A stretch of 48,720 nucleotides of DNA. It comes from Craspedostauros australis. Lineage: Eukaryota. Of the stretch, positions 22,059-34,681 are shown piece after piece. Where the stretch lies: NCBI GenBank assembly GCA_030167865.1, contig JALAGF010003500.1:1-48720 (forward strand). Direction: 5' to 3'. The notes beneath the pieces are model-generated. The model made no database searches, was not told the origin of the DNA, and worked only from the letters and a program-made list of their open reading frames with translations. The translations under genes and the position numbers were made by a program. Each line of letters opens with the position of its first letter. The stretch's first letter is position 1.

Positions 22059-24050
22059 ATAAATAAATAAATCCCGCAAAGATTGAACCATCTCGTGGGG
22101 CTGCGCCGATTGCGCTTTTCTCTGCCTCCTTTCAACTTCGAGCAGGGCGCAAAGGGAGCACGGAATCTTTGTGCTGTTTCATGTACTCTGTGTATCTGTG
22201 CGCCGTTGCTGCCGCTGCCGCTGCCGCTGTCCTCCATTCCAGCCAAGCGTTGGGTGAGCGCGCTTCCTGCGGTTTTGTCACTTCTACAAAGCGCCTGTGG
22301 CGACCGGTTCATGTAGCGCTCGCGCGGCTTGCTCCACCCATACCGCGACCTGCGCTGTTGTCGCATCTGCAGCTGACGCTGTTTGTATGAGTCGTCCGTG
22401 ATTGATGTAGTCCTGCTTGAGGCGAAGACGGAGTGGCCCTGCCCTATCATGAAGGGCTTGAATCATTCCGGCCTCGGCCGAGTCTTGACCTTCAAATACC
22501 GCCTCGTTTTGCGCCGTCCACTGTTCCCAGGCAATGCGCCAGCTGCGGCGCATAAGCTGCTGAGCTCGCTTCATCGCCAACCACCTAGATTGCTGCTGTT
22601 GGAGGAAAATTCGTTGCATTGGCTCCCATTGTGGCGCTATGAGTCCTTTCTGAAATGCCTGTAGCCCTATGGCAGCCTGCTGCTGAGTGGCTTTGTGCAG
22701 AGAGCTACTGGGACCGGTGGTCCTGAGGTAAGCCAAGGCCTCCGGCTGGTTGCGAAGAATTGACGACAGGCTTGTGGCAACTTCAGGCCTCATGGGGCAT
22801 TGCTGCATCCATCGCCGCAACTCTCGCAGATGCCACCGTGAGATTTGGCATCGATCTTCGCTGGGACATTGCCAACAGTGAGGCACATCCTCGCTTTCTC
22901 CACAGCTGGAGCACTTGTCCGACATCTGCAGGCCCCACTGCTTCATGCACTTGCCCAGGGGAGCTTCTCCAGTTAGTGGCTTGATGGTAAGAGGCCGTCT
23001 GTTCTTATCTAGCTCCTGCAGTGAATCCCCGACCTCTCCCCACGCCACTGGGAGATTCTGACTCATGACATTCCTGGCGCATAAGACTTGGACCGTATCT
23101 TGGAAAGTTGGTGCTTGAGTCACCGCCGAGTATGTCACTTGCGTCAGCTTTGCAGCTGTGGTGAATGGCGACCCTTTCGCCAGGTATGTGCCTGCCATAG
23201 ACCGTGCCATCTGGTATGGAAGTGCGTCCTACTCTTGCCAGCTTGTCAGAAATCACATTCATGCGAGCCCATTTGTCGAGGGAGCGCCATTCGTTGTTGT
23301 TGTCTTGATGGCCTTTGATGCGCCACCCATGGACCCAAATAGGTATTTTGATACTGAGGTCCTATACTGCCCACTGCAAGTCAGCATCTACAGAGGCGGA
23401 CGACAGCTGCCACTCGTGCTCCAGCGCTGTCAAGGCACCAACATTGTTGCACCTGAGGACCACATGCCCGGTTGTGAACCCATGCACCTTACATATGGCT
23501 GGTAGCCTTCATGTTTGGCAAGAATGACCGCACTTGATGCACCTTTGCCATTGGCCACCGATCCATCGCTGCACGCCACTGTCGTTCCACTCTGTATGGA
23601 TTGTGCCACGGCCTGCCAATCTCCAATAATTTGTGCTTCTGAACTGACCATGCCATTGCTTGCGGCATGCGTAGAATGGTCTGTGCCATTGTTGCCATGC
23701 TCTCATGCTCTTCCAACAATCCTTCACCAGTGCCTGCAACCACGATTCCGCCCCTGTCTCGATATCTGTCAACAATGCTCGTTGGCATGCTCATAACCCC
23801 GTTCGTTGGAATGTAGAGCTTCTGTCACCTTTGCCTTGGCACCCTTCGAAAACACAATCCTGGCTGCGCCGAGTCGTAGAGACGGTCGCTCGCTGGTTCC
23901 CAAAACACCTTCGGCTGCTGCGATGAGTAACCCTGCCACCTTCCAAGGGGCTTCTCCAATCGTGTGACATGCATTCTTGAGACTTGGAAGATCTTTCAGA
24001 TGACCTGGTCCCATGTTCTCCAACTTGCTTGCCCCTTCCTGCCCTCATAT
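22059..24050 (-). mobile_element. Degenerate 3' fragment of an RNase H-containing non-LTR retrotransposon (resembles diatom Ambal-type elements)
   Basis: Frameshifted pieces encode RNase H motifs: VACSDGSV (~23570) and LRCNNVGAL..DADLQWAV*..IKGHQD..SLDKWARMNVISDKLA (23460-23230, TAG stop at 23364-23362). A zf-RVT-like knuckle CSSCGESEDVPHCWQCP and a Trp-rich end (IGLQAFQKGLIAPQW..WRIAWEQW) follow. No RT motif seen; boundaries approximate. Confidence 0.82.
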
Positions 24051-26957
24051 TTCTTCGTGGGTGTTATCTTGTTATTGTACACAGCAAAATCACACGAGTC
24101 CTTCAAGAGAGATCAAGTCTTTCAGGATGATGGCGATGAGCTGGTGTAACGAAGGCACTGATTGGGTAGAGTGACTTCTGAATCTATGTTATCTTCATTG
24201 TGTTGTATCTCATGTTGCTGTGTTCAAGGACAGCTCTTGGTCATTGCATCTTTGCAATCTTGTTGTGATGTGGAGATGACCCATGATGTGGCGATGACGT
24301 CTCCTGTGTCGACATCACTCATCACCACTCCATGGCTCTGTCGATTCCACATTCCATTGATGATGCTTGAGGTCGTCGATGGTGGTGTCACTTCAGGTTT
24401 AGTTGGGAAGTAGATCAGGTCGGATTGGACATCACATGTTTGCCGGATGGTGGCCAGACCGAATCTCTGATGCTCTATCTAGTGTGTCCCTTATGCCGAA
24501 AATCATGTGTCTGAGGAAAGCATCGTTTCAGCACATACAAGGACAGACTAATCAGAAAACGAATCAGGTGAATAAAGCATTGTGCTAATACACTCCAACA
24601 CAGGCGAACTCGGCCTGGAGCCGAAGACCTGAGCATGCACGAGTGCCAACCACAATAATCTGCATAGTCGTACTCCTCCAGGATATGACAAGGGTAAGGA
24701 CGCAAGGTGGGGATCAACCTATTTGCGTGGAGTTCCAGCAGTATCGACTCCTCGATCATCTTTGGCTCTTTCCTCCTCATTCTCTTTCTCTTCTATGTCA
24801 ATGTTTTGGCTTAGTCTTTGTCTCTTTGTGTCTACTTCGACAACTTGGTCCGCATCATTCTCTGCAATGTCTGCCAGAGCGGGTGATTTGATTGCGTGTC
24901 GCCCAACATCCACGTTTCATCACGACACCTCGCACAACCACGTTCAGCGATTCTCGTGGGAGTTGTGGCATTTTGTTATTTCACAACAAAATGAAGCCCA
25001 TGTACCATTGCAAAGCTAGAATGCGAAGAGACACACTGTTCTCGCCCAACACATTTGCATCGTTTGGGGAACGGTAACGAGAAAGCCACTTTGATTCACG
25101 TGAAGTCGTGAATACCGAGACACGGACAGCGAACCCCTGTTGTGAGATCTTGTCGAGCCTAATAATTTTTGGCGGTCGGTGAAGAAAACGAAAGGGCAAA
25201 GCGAAGGCACCGACAGGCAGAAACAAGCGACAAGGCGACTGCAACACGGCAGCCACCACAAACAACAACAGCACAAGCAACAACAGCACAAGCAACAACA
25301 GCAACATTCACTCTGTGCGAACACACTCATGCGGAGAGTAGGTCATACTCGCGCAATGCTGAAGTCACTATCGTGCTGATACCCAAGGGGGGCTGGCACT
25401 CCAGCTGACGCGCGCGAGAGACATGGCAGGGTTGCGACGAGCAGATCGTACGTGCGCAAACGATCTATGGAACGACCGATGTGTGGCATCAAGCAAAGGG
25501 AGGAAAACCCGGAAACGAGAGGGGAGGTCACTTGTGCCTTTGCTGTTTGTGTCTTTGTATCGCTGATGCCAAGTTCATCGAAAACGAGAGAAACCAGAAC
25601 CAGTGGCACGAGTCGATGACAAAAGGATGTTGAGCTTCCGAGCCAACCTGGCACTGGCGCTGGCATTGGCACCGTTGCTGGCACTATCAATGGCGGCCAC
25701 ACACTCCTGCGTAGGGTGTGCGGGGATCTACTGCACCACGCGGCACGGATCCCGTCTTTCGAACCGGATTCGCAAGTGTCAAAGGCGGACATGATGATTC
25801 CCTTGTGAGAGCGTTGGGACGCAGCGGCATGTCGATGGGCGGTATGATAAACGAGGACGCGCATTTGCTCACACGTCGTTGCCACAGATTCTGGACCAAT
25901 TGACAAACAGAAAGCAAGAGAAAGAAGAGAAACGTGGGTTGCGGACCCCTGATCCTTGAAGTTGAACGACGCAATCGACTGGATTTCGTCGGTGGGCTGC
26001 AGTGTCGTGACGTCTTGGGGCCATGTTGGATTTGTGTCTCCGCGTCTTGATCTTCACACTTCGGCGTGTGTGCCTCCTTCACTCTCGTTCTCTGCAACCA
26101 TCAGTCCCCAGATCGAAGCTCGAAATGGAGCAATAGGACGGGCAAGTGTTCTGTAAATGTGCATTTGGATGCAATGGCTGTGTCGTTGTTGCGCTACCTC
26201 ATGTGGGGTTGCAATCCCCACGGCAGCATTGTGGTCGCTGGGCCGATGCGCCAGAGGCTCCGTCGGCAGCGACGGCAGCAACAGCACCCTCTCTTGTGCC
26301 AGAGAGAGGATGGATGCTGTCCTTTCCTTGGGTGGGCGACGTTGCGCAGAACATGGTCAGAACATGCCAGTCTTGCGCGTCAGAGGTTCTCATCTGCATT
26401 GGCACATCCATCGACAAGAAAGGCGGCCTTGGCAGGCGCTTCATTGACATTGGGAGTGGCGAAAAACGGGCTCCGTCTCGACCACGTAGCCTCCTTCCGA
26501 AGGGTCGTCAGGGACAAACAAGGCACGACGGAAATGCGACTGGGAACCACACGAGAACAGGGCCTTTCTTTCGCTTGCGGAAAGTGTGTGTCGGTTGCTG
26601 TGTTGCTGTGATGCTGCGTTACTCTGTTTCTTCGCTTGTTCTTCGGTTGGCCATCTCTCCAAGCACGAAGTCTGCGTGGCACGTACGTGCATGGTGGCAC
26701 AATCTGTGCCAACCTGTACCATCCACAGACACTGCTGCACGTTGTTGCTCGCGACCGAGTCTTGAGAGGAGAAAGGTGCAGCGTCAACACTGGTGCGAGT
26801 TGAAGCAAATCAGGAAGAAGAGGGGCAGCGGCGTTTGCAAAGAACGATGTTTGTTGAAAGAGGTGTCTCTATTCTATGGTCTAGAGCGCGTGACTGCAGC
26901 TGATTGTTCGCATGCTACTGTTGAGTCTGTTGTAAAGTATAGATAGTGCTATATGCC

Positions 26958-27752
26958 CTATGATTGCTGCTCCTGCGAGGCCTCTGCTTCGTCGTTGCCT
27001 TCGTCGCCGAGCGCATCGCACGAAAGGTTCAGTGCTTCCGTCAGCAGGGACAGGGTGCGGCTCTGGTTGACGGTGATGACCGTCTTGGGCGAGGATGATT
27101 CCGGTGCCTCGGCCTGCTTGGCAGGGGACGAAACGACTCCGTGCTCGCTCGAGGTATCCATCGGTGTGGGTGAAGGAGCCATGGAGGGGCTGAAGGCAGA
27201 GGCTGATTGCTGCCTCCTGTGCTGTTGTTGCTGATTGTGCGATTCTCTCACGTTCTGGGCGGCCATCATGAGGAGCATCGACGGGCACTTGGAGCCGCGT
27301 CTCTGGTATCTTCGTCTGCGATTGCTGGACTGCAACGCGCCGCATCCGCTGGTGTTTGTTGTGGTGCCAGCTGCAGCGGCAGCGGTGACCGTGCTGGTGC
27401 CGTTGTCGATGATGGTGTCGAACGGCAAGGCGGCGAAGGGAGGCAAGGAGAGCGAGCGCGAGACTGGGCATTCCGCGGATCTCTTGCTGTACGTGGGAGA
27501 CCCGAACAGCTGGGCCAGCGAGGAACGCTTTCGGACGGGAAGCCGCTTCATAGTGGCCGCTGATCCTGGGGTGCTCAGACCTCCGTGGCTGTACCGCTGG
27601 AGGCGTTCGGCGACGGTGGCCTTCACGTGGGTTGGCGTTGCCGGGACGGCATTGGGGCTCTGTGGCGTTGGTGCTGAGGAAGGCTGGGCCGAGCAGGAAT
27701 GCATCGACGTTGAGAGGGAGGAAATTGAGGGACGGGTGGTAGTGGCAGTCAT
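26958..27752 (-). CDS. Ser/Thr/Ala-rich hypothetical protein with RRRRYQRRGSKCPSML motif (264 aa)
   Basis: Intact ATG ORF with coding-like codon bias, preceded by an A/C-rich leader. Basic motifs KRLPVRKRSSL and RRRRYQRRGSK. Confidence 0.8.
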   Translation of the reverse strand: MTATTTRPSISSLSTSMHSCSAQPSSAPTPQSPNAVPATPTHVKATVAERLQRYSHGGLSTPGSAATMKRLPVRKRSSLAQLFGSPTYSKRSAECPVSRSLSLPPFAALPFDTIIDNGTSTVTAAAAAGTTTNTSGCGALQSSNRRRRYQRRGSKCPSMLLMMAAQNVRESHNQQQQHRRQQSASAFSPSMAPSPTPMDTSSEHGVVSSPAKQAEAPESSSPKTVITVNQSRTLSLLTEALNLSCDALGDEGNDEAEASQEQQS

Positions 27753-30700
27753 GTTGGTGGTTGAGTGGAATGTGCCTGTTGATCAATCGGGGTTTGGTCT
27801 GCGTTTGGTGTTGTTGGAGGTTTTATGAGCTGTTGTTGTTTCTGGTGAGCGAGAGGTCGGTTGGTTGGCAGGATAGGCAGTTAAGTTTTGTGTGGTTTGT
27901 GGAGATGCTGAAATGCGATTTTATGAGCAGTACCGGAGCCACGCTGCAAGGAACACACACGGCTACAAGCACGAGCAATCGCAACAGTGGCAACCACCGC
28001 AATAGCCGTTGACAACCACTGGCAACCGAAACAAAACCAACAGAAAATCACACCCACAACGAGTGTGTGAGGTGAGCGGTTGACACGCGCAAAACCAGCG
28101 TGTGCGCCAAAACTTGTTGACACGGAATCGGATTGTCATCGTTGGCTGTGGTTTGTTCCTCGCGGAAAGGCCCAATCGAACTTATTGTCACGACAATTGG
28201 TCTTCATGAAGTGCACTTGAATAGTTCAATGACCGAAGTCGACAACCACTGCTAGTAAATGTAGCTGATACTGTTCCATCGAATCCGAACCTGGCTCCTC
28301 TCCACGACCCCAGGATATATGGCATACGAAGGTTGCATACTGCGATGTTGATCGGGAATGATATTTAGGCTGCACAGCCCGGCAACAGTCATTTCGGAAA
28401 CGCGCCTATGCTCGACACAACCAACCCACCCTTCGCAAACCACCGACTCCCCAGGTGTCATTGTTGTACAGAAACTCCGTGAACCATGCGAACCCGTGCC
28501 TTTCCTTGCTTGTCCACACACACACCCATACTCACGTAGTACTGTAGAGCAATAGTAGTGGCCTGAGACCCACACAAACAATGGGTCAAGCGACATTTCC
28601 TCAAACTATTGAATGGATCAGGGGGATAGCTATGGTTACACTGCCTGCCAATGCTCCGGTATACGTCTAGGTTAATAGATGGCGATAAAACGGAAACATC
28701 GCAGCACCACTGGAAGCGGCCCACTGAGTTTGCATCAGACCCGCATTTTCGGAGCAGCCTCATCTTTTTATTAACCTCCTGCAATGCTGGTAACGGCTCA
28801 GGCAGTACTTATCTCGTGTCATGCTCTCCAACAACGACCTTGGATGAGGGAACAGTGATGCCACACCAACCAATCATAATCAACGGCAGCGGCAACAACA
28901 ACCAACAAACGAGACAACTGCAACTGCGACATGGGATCATGTGCGACCTGCAAGATGGTGCGGGTGTTGCAAACGAGCTCGTGCGGTACGAGTCCTCGTG
29001 CAGGGAAGCACAAGTACGAGCTACGACCATGTGTGGCGCCAGACAAGTACGACTACCGAATACGCCACAGGCCAAGCAACGCAAAGCTCTCACACATGAA
29101 TGACCCCTCAGGCAAGGGACATGCGGAGTTTGCTCTCTTCGCGCAGCGCGCCATCAAACGCGAAACAAACATCAGAGTGACGAACTTCGCCGACCACACA
29201 AGAACAGGCAACAGACCCACCAGGACAATCCGTATTCCGGCGAGGGTTGCTCCGGCAAGGAGCCAATGAAGCCCACATGACTGTATCGAAGAGAAGGATG
29301 ATCAACGACTGCGGACGGAGGCATTGACACCTCTAGCTTCCTTCACTTCTGTGTTCAGCGTTGTCAGACTGTGTGCCGCGAGCACCCACCCCTGCATACT
29401 CTGCTATCATGACATGATTGCGAAGCATCGGCAGCTCGCGTTGGCCATGAAGACAATGTCAGCATTTCATGCTACCATGTTGCCACGATGTCATGCCGAC
29501 ATGATGTCATTGGTGTCACTACCGTACTAATACGAATGACGCAGCGCGTCCAGCCTCATCAAACATCTTCGGTGTATCATCAAAGGACAACATGTCGGTC
29601 CACATGTTCTCCCTTCGTGCTCTTCTTCTGGATACCTCTTCGAGTACGCGCCGCACGTACGAGTTACTCCAAACACACAGGATAGATCGTTGCGCATGGC
29701 CACCACACCAGATGGAAACGCTAATTCAAAGTCATACGCGAAGTCCATGAGAGTTGATCGCTCATGCATAGCGCGTCTTCGATGCTGTCTTCGAACTCCC
29801 CTCGCGATACTCGTCCTCACAGAAGCGTTCTGCCAACATGTCGCGTATCTGCCCATGCGGCAAGGAGCTTCAGAATTGCACAGAGCAGATTTGTACGGGT
29901 CGCGAGTACGAGCTGCGAGTACGAGCGACAGTCGAAATTCATCTTGGTTGCTCCCTCGCTCCTCTCTTCGTTCTTCTTCGCTTTCGGTCTTGGACAAGAT
30001 CGATGACCACAGACCGTCTCGGACGAAGACACAGGACTACTCGTAGTCGTACGGATGTTTGCCCGAGTTAATGTACGACTAGCGACCATGTGCTTCGACT
30101 CATCTTCCACATGATCCCCCTACACACACAATACTCTCTACACATGCAATACACCACATGTATAATAGAATACGATCTACCAGCACATTAGCAGATGCTC
30201 GTAGTACCAATGGCGCCGCCCTCCACTTCTGCCATCCAAAAGTGCCCGCGAATATCTCCGCCATCCGCATGTCACGATGTCCCAGCTCTCCGAGCACTTA
30301 ATCAGCAAACAAGAAGAGGGAGATCGCGGTTGCTCTTCAGCTGCGTTGATCCGCTATTCCGCCTGGTTCGATCCAAAATGGAATACTCTATTCCCTTGCT
30401 ATCATGTCTCTTGGGAGCTGTGCAGCTCGTACCAATACACGTAGAGTATCATCACCCGCGCCTGCACCACACAGCCACGAGTACCACACGAGTACGACCA
30501 CTTTGCTAAGGTTCCCTCATTCGCCCACTTGCTTTGGCGCTTGTACGACTCTTGGGGGCATAGAGTATCAGTGGAGTGTTCGTACATGTTCGCACTCGTG
30601 GACCAGAGCGCTCATGTCAGCGTCGATGTTTGGTTCAGTTCTTATTCCTCTTCGTCTCCCTCGAACAGGAAGGCAATAGGTCACCATGCTCGAACAATCC

Positions 30701-32083
30701 ACGAGTACAAGTAAAGCCATGGATCTTCATCACTATTCACAACCACATCGCACTCCCCCAGAGTAGTGCTGGTTATGATGACATGCTCCTGCATGATCTC
30801 AATGACAGAACCAGATCGCTCATGACGCCCACGAATCGCTTGTGTGTCATCTCTCAGGAACGCCGATCAGCCCGACGCGGTAACATTGCAATCCTTTTCG
30901 TCCCATCCATGATGACAACGACGGCAATGACGACAACGACGATGGTGAGAGGACCTTGCTTCATCTATTGGCAAAAAACAACGTGCAGCTCAATGCTCAT
31001 GCATCGCCCCATCTGATCAACTGGATCCACCGCCATTGGACCAAGATGCACTCTCCGACCACGTGGACGACAGCGACAACCTTGATCCACTCCTTCCCAA
31101 TAATTCTTCCATGCTCTATTCGAATTGCAGCCGTTGGTGAGATCAAATCTATTCGTGCGCTACTCGCCCGCCCATCTTGCATAATCGTAGAGTCTAGGAC
31201 ATAAAGAAAAAGAGCGGGAGAGCGAGAGAGAGAGAGAGTACCAACGTCACAAGAATGTTCCATCCGCTCTTGTGGAAATGGAAGTCATCCTCGTGTCATT
31301 GACCATCTTCTGATGCACTCTCGGTGAAATCGCAAGACGCCACCTTGGTTCAAATTCAACCTCTTTTATTGTCGTCCTTTCGCGACAGGGTCCTGGCAAG
31401 ATACGATCTGCTCGTATGAAAAGATGTGAACCACCCAACCTCTTCGCTGTCACCATGACCAAGCCGTGATGCCGATTGGCGTGCGTGCGAGCGAAGCGTA
31501 TCGGAATAGAGCATGAAGTGGCATCCTTCTCGCGATTCTAAATGAGTGTTCTCCTCTCTGTTGACATCTCTGGCACGGAGCAGAGTGACGCAAGGCGACC
31601 AGTGAGACGTTCGGCCCTTGTCGGTTGCCCAACAATAGGCCATTTCTGTTTTTGTGGGGGTGGTTTTCATTCTTGAATCTGTCAGCCGTTAACCCAACCG
31701 TATTATCCACAAATTCGAACTTTCGTGAATGAGAGACCCCAGATACGACAGAACTCTATCACAATGTGATTACTACCGTTGATCCATGCTCTGCGATGCG
31801 ATGCGAGTTGCCATGAACAGGACAGACACCATTCGGAACGCAGGAAAGTGTGGATGGTGCTGTGCTATGATACAGTTGGGGAACAAAGAGGACACTCGCT
31901 CCAACTTTGCATCGTAGGACGCAGTTGCAAAGCAACTGAGCAGCGCATGTGTGCTGCACTATGGTGTAATAGCATGTAATGCAGACTAGTATCGAAAGTG
32001 TGTGTATCTACTATAGAGAGTCAAAGAATTCTATGGTGTGATTGTGATGTGCTGTTCCCGTGGTCGTGCTTGCTTGTGAGCAG

Positions 32084-33836
32084 TTAGATCTTGGCACCGG
32101 CCAACTGAGCCGCGAGGTCATCAACGGCAGCAGCGTCGGCAGCAGCATCGGCAGCAGCGTCGTCTTCATCTTCCTCCTCTTGCATGTCGAACACCACCTT
32201 CTTGCCGAACTTCGCCTTGAGTCCATCCTGCGGCATCTCGTCGTTGTCCTCCAAGATGAGGCCCTTCTTTTTCATTTGTGGGAACTCGCAGGATTCCAGG
32301 AACGTCGCGCCCTCCTCTTCGATGTCGTTGAGGCCCAGGTTGAGGTTCTCGAGGACATTGTCGGGTGATGACTGGAATGATGTGAGACACTGGACGATCC
32401 CGTCATCGCCGAGCTCGTTGCCCTCCAATCCCAGCGACTTCAAGGTGGGTACCTGGGACGGCATGAGCTCCGCAATGGCCGATGCTCCCTCGGCCAATTC
32501 GCCATTGTTGTCTATTAGTGTGATATGTAGGTACGATTAGAGTAGTGTGGATGATGATCGTGATTGTACGTAGTGATGGGACAGATAGAAAGGTTGCGGA
32601 TGGCATTTTCAATAGAGCAGCGCATAAGCAAGTAGAGTAACAAACAAGCGAAGCGCGGATGTGCAAAGCACAACGGAGAGGAAAGGAAATGAAATCAATT
32701 CACAATCCAATCCAGTTCAATTGGATATCGGAGTGGCAAATTCGATTGTGATTGTGGTTGCGATTGCGATGTGGATGGATGAAATGAGTGAGTGAGTCAA
32801 GTATCCATGCGCAGAATCGAAATGCACGAGGATCACCTTGGTTGTGCCCTTCCCACGTTCATGATCGTGTTCGTGATCAGCACATGGCCATTGGCGATGA
32901 TGATGATGATGATGTGAACGGTCGATCCGCGGGAGGCCACATCTCTGCGAGAATCACGTATTGTTCCTTACCCAAGAACAGGTGCGCCAGCTTGGCTTTG
33001 GACGCAATGACGGCATCCACGATCTTGCGGAGGCCGTCAACTTCGAGGCCTCCGTCCTTGAGGCTGAGGTAGCTGAGCTGGCTGCACGTCGACAGCGCGG
33101 CGGAGAGGGAGGTGACACCATCGCCTTCGTCGCAGCCGATGGTGCAGTCTTCCAAGTTGAGATGCTTGAGCGTGGCGTTGTCGCCCTGCCCCTGCACCAT
33201 CGAGAGGATGCCTTCGCAAACATCCTTGGAACCTTCCGTTTCTGGTCTGCAGCCGGCGTAGCTGAAGTACTCCAGCGTCTTGCAGGACGGAAGGAACTGG
33301 CGCACGATGGCAGCACCCTCCGTGCCGATCATGTTCTTGTTGAGCGCCAACTCCCGCAGCGAGCTGCCGATGCCACCCTCCAGGACGCCCTTGATGACCG
33401 CCATCGAGTCCGTGTCCAATCCGCAATTGTTGAGGTAGAGGCTCTCCATCGCCGATCCCTGGAACATGGGACCCACGCAGGTGATGCCGCGGATGCCCAG
33501 AGCGTTGTCCGACAGGTGGAGGTTGACGACATTGGAGGCTTGGAAGGCGGCGGCCAGCTTGGTGAGCACGCTGAGTCCCACTTCGGTGTCACGACTCGCG
33601 ATGATGTCGTCGAACATCAGGTTGGGCGTGGCCTTGCAGCGCTGCTCGATGAAGGGGAGCAGCGCGTCGACGGCGTCGTCGCCCCAGCTGCGGCATGAGA
33701 TGTCCAGCGTGCCCACGATGGCACCGTCGCCCTGCGCCGCGATTTCAGTTTCCCATCGCGCGATGATCTCCTTCGCCAGATCGGCGGTGAGCAGCTCGTT
33801 GCGGTTGCCTCCGGCTTTCAGCGTGATGCGGGACAT
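32084..33836 (-). CDS. RanGAP1: Ran GTPase-activating protein (LRR protein with acidic tail), 2 exons, ~430 aa
   Basis: Exons 33836-32972 and 32511-32084 (GTAAG..TAG, phase 1, HLFLD NNGEL). RNI-like LRRs DDIIASR, LHLSDNALGIRG, LYLNNCGL and LGLEGNELGDDG. Acidic C-terminus EEEDEDD..VDDLAAQL. Confidence 0.85.
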
Positions 33837-34100
33837 GGTGTCAACTTATGTGTATCGAACTGGAGCAGAGTAGAGCAGAGTAGAGTACTGAAGCAGAGTA
33901 CTGAAGCAGAGTGAATCAGTGAGTGAGTGAGTGATTGCAGGGTGCTGCTTTTATGGATGCTGGATGGTGCTGCGCGATGGTGTGAGTACAACAGCCGTAT
34001 GAACGCGAATGGTGGCGGTTGTCGTGGCAGTTGTCGTGGCAGTCTTGTTGTGTGGACACCAACGCTGCGGCTACTTCGTGGTCATTGCTCCCCGATCGTT

Positions 34101-34194
34101 TGCTTGGTTGCTTGCTTGGTTGCTTGCTTGGTTGCTTGCTTGGTTGCTTGCTTGGTTGCTTGCTTGGTTGCTTGCTTGGTTGCTTGCTTGGTTG
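34101..34194. repeat. 12-bp minisatellite (TGCTTGGTTGCT) x ~7.8 upstream of RanGAP
   Basis: Perfect tandem copies read directly from the sequence. Confidence 0.95.
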
Positions 34195-34681
34195 TGGTTT
34201 GGGAATTTGAGCAATTTTGAAAACGCAAACACCGCGAAGCTTTTCGTCCTCTCTTAACGGTTTCTTGATTCATTCGACTAACGTGGCCATACCGGAGGCT
34301 ACGTTGATATATCTAGAGTGATGTGGCTTCGTTGTGTAGAAATGGTCTGCGCTTGGACACCATCATCGGCATGCATGCATCCCTGCATCCACGAAACACA
34401 CTTCAGAGATCAAGCCATGCGACCGCACACCATGAGTTGAGTGTGGCAGGTATCGTTTCACTCCAAGGACTTATCAATTCATGAGTTCATCATCACCGTA
34501 CCTACGGACTCGCATGGGATCGCAGAACGCAGTGGGGTGACTTGAAGCGCCTTCTTTTCATTTGCATGCTTGATCATGGGTGTATTGCTATGTTTTATAC
34601 TCCACTATCATGCCGTGCAGTTTGTTGTGATGTTGATGTACTCTGGGGTGTCGTGTGCTCCCACGGAATGTGCCGTTCCAC

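Noticed and set aside
25343..26946. Overlapping 180-266 aa ORFs on both strands
   Set aside because: Arg/Cys/Ser-rich random-like translations with no domain or codon bias.
30320..30385. GGTTCGATCC as a tRNA T-loop or B-box
   Set aside because: Flanks do not form a T-stem or acceptor stem; no cloverleaf.
34009..34273. ORFs with LVAC / LLAW / KQAT repeats, and the array as a CRISPR or telomere
   Set aside because: These are translations of a perfect 12-bp minisatellite. There are no spacers or cas genes, and the unit is not TTAGGG-like.
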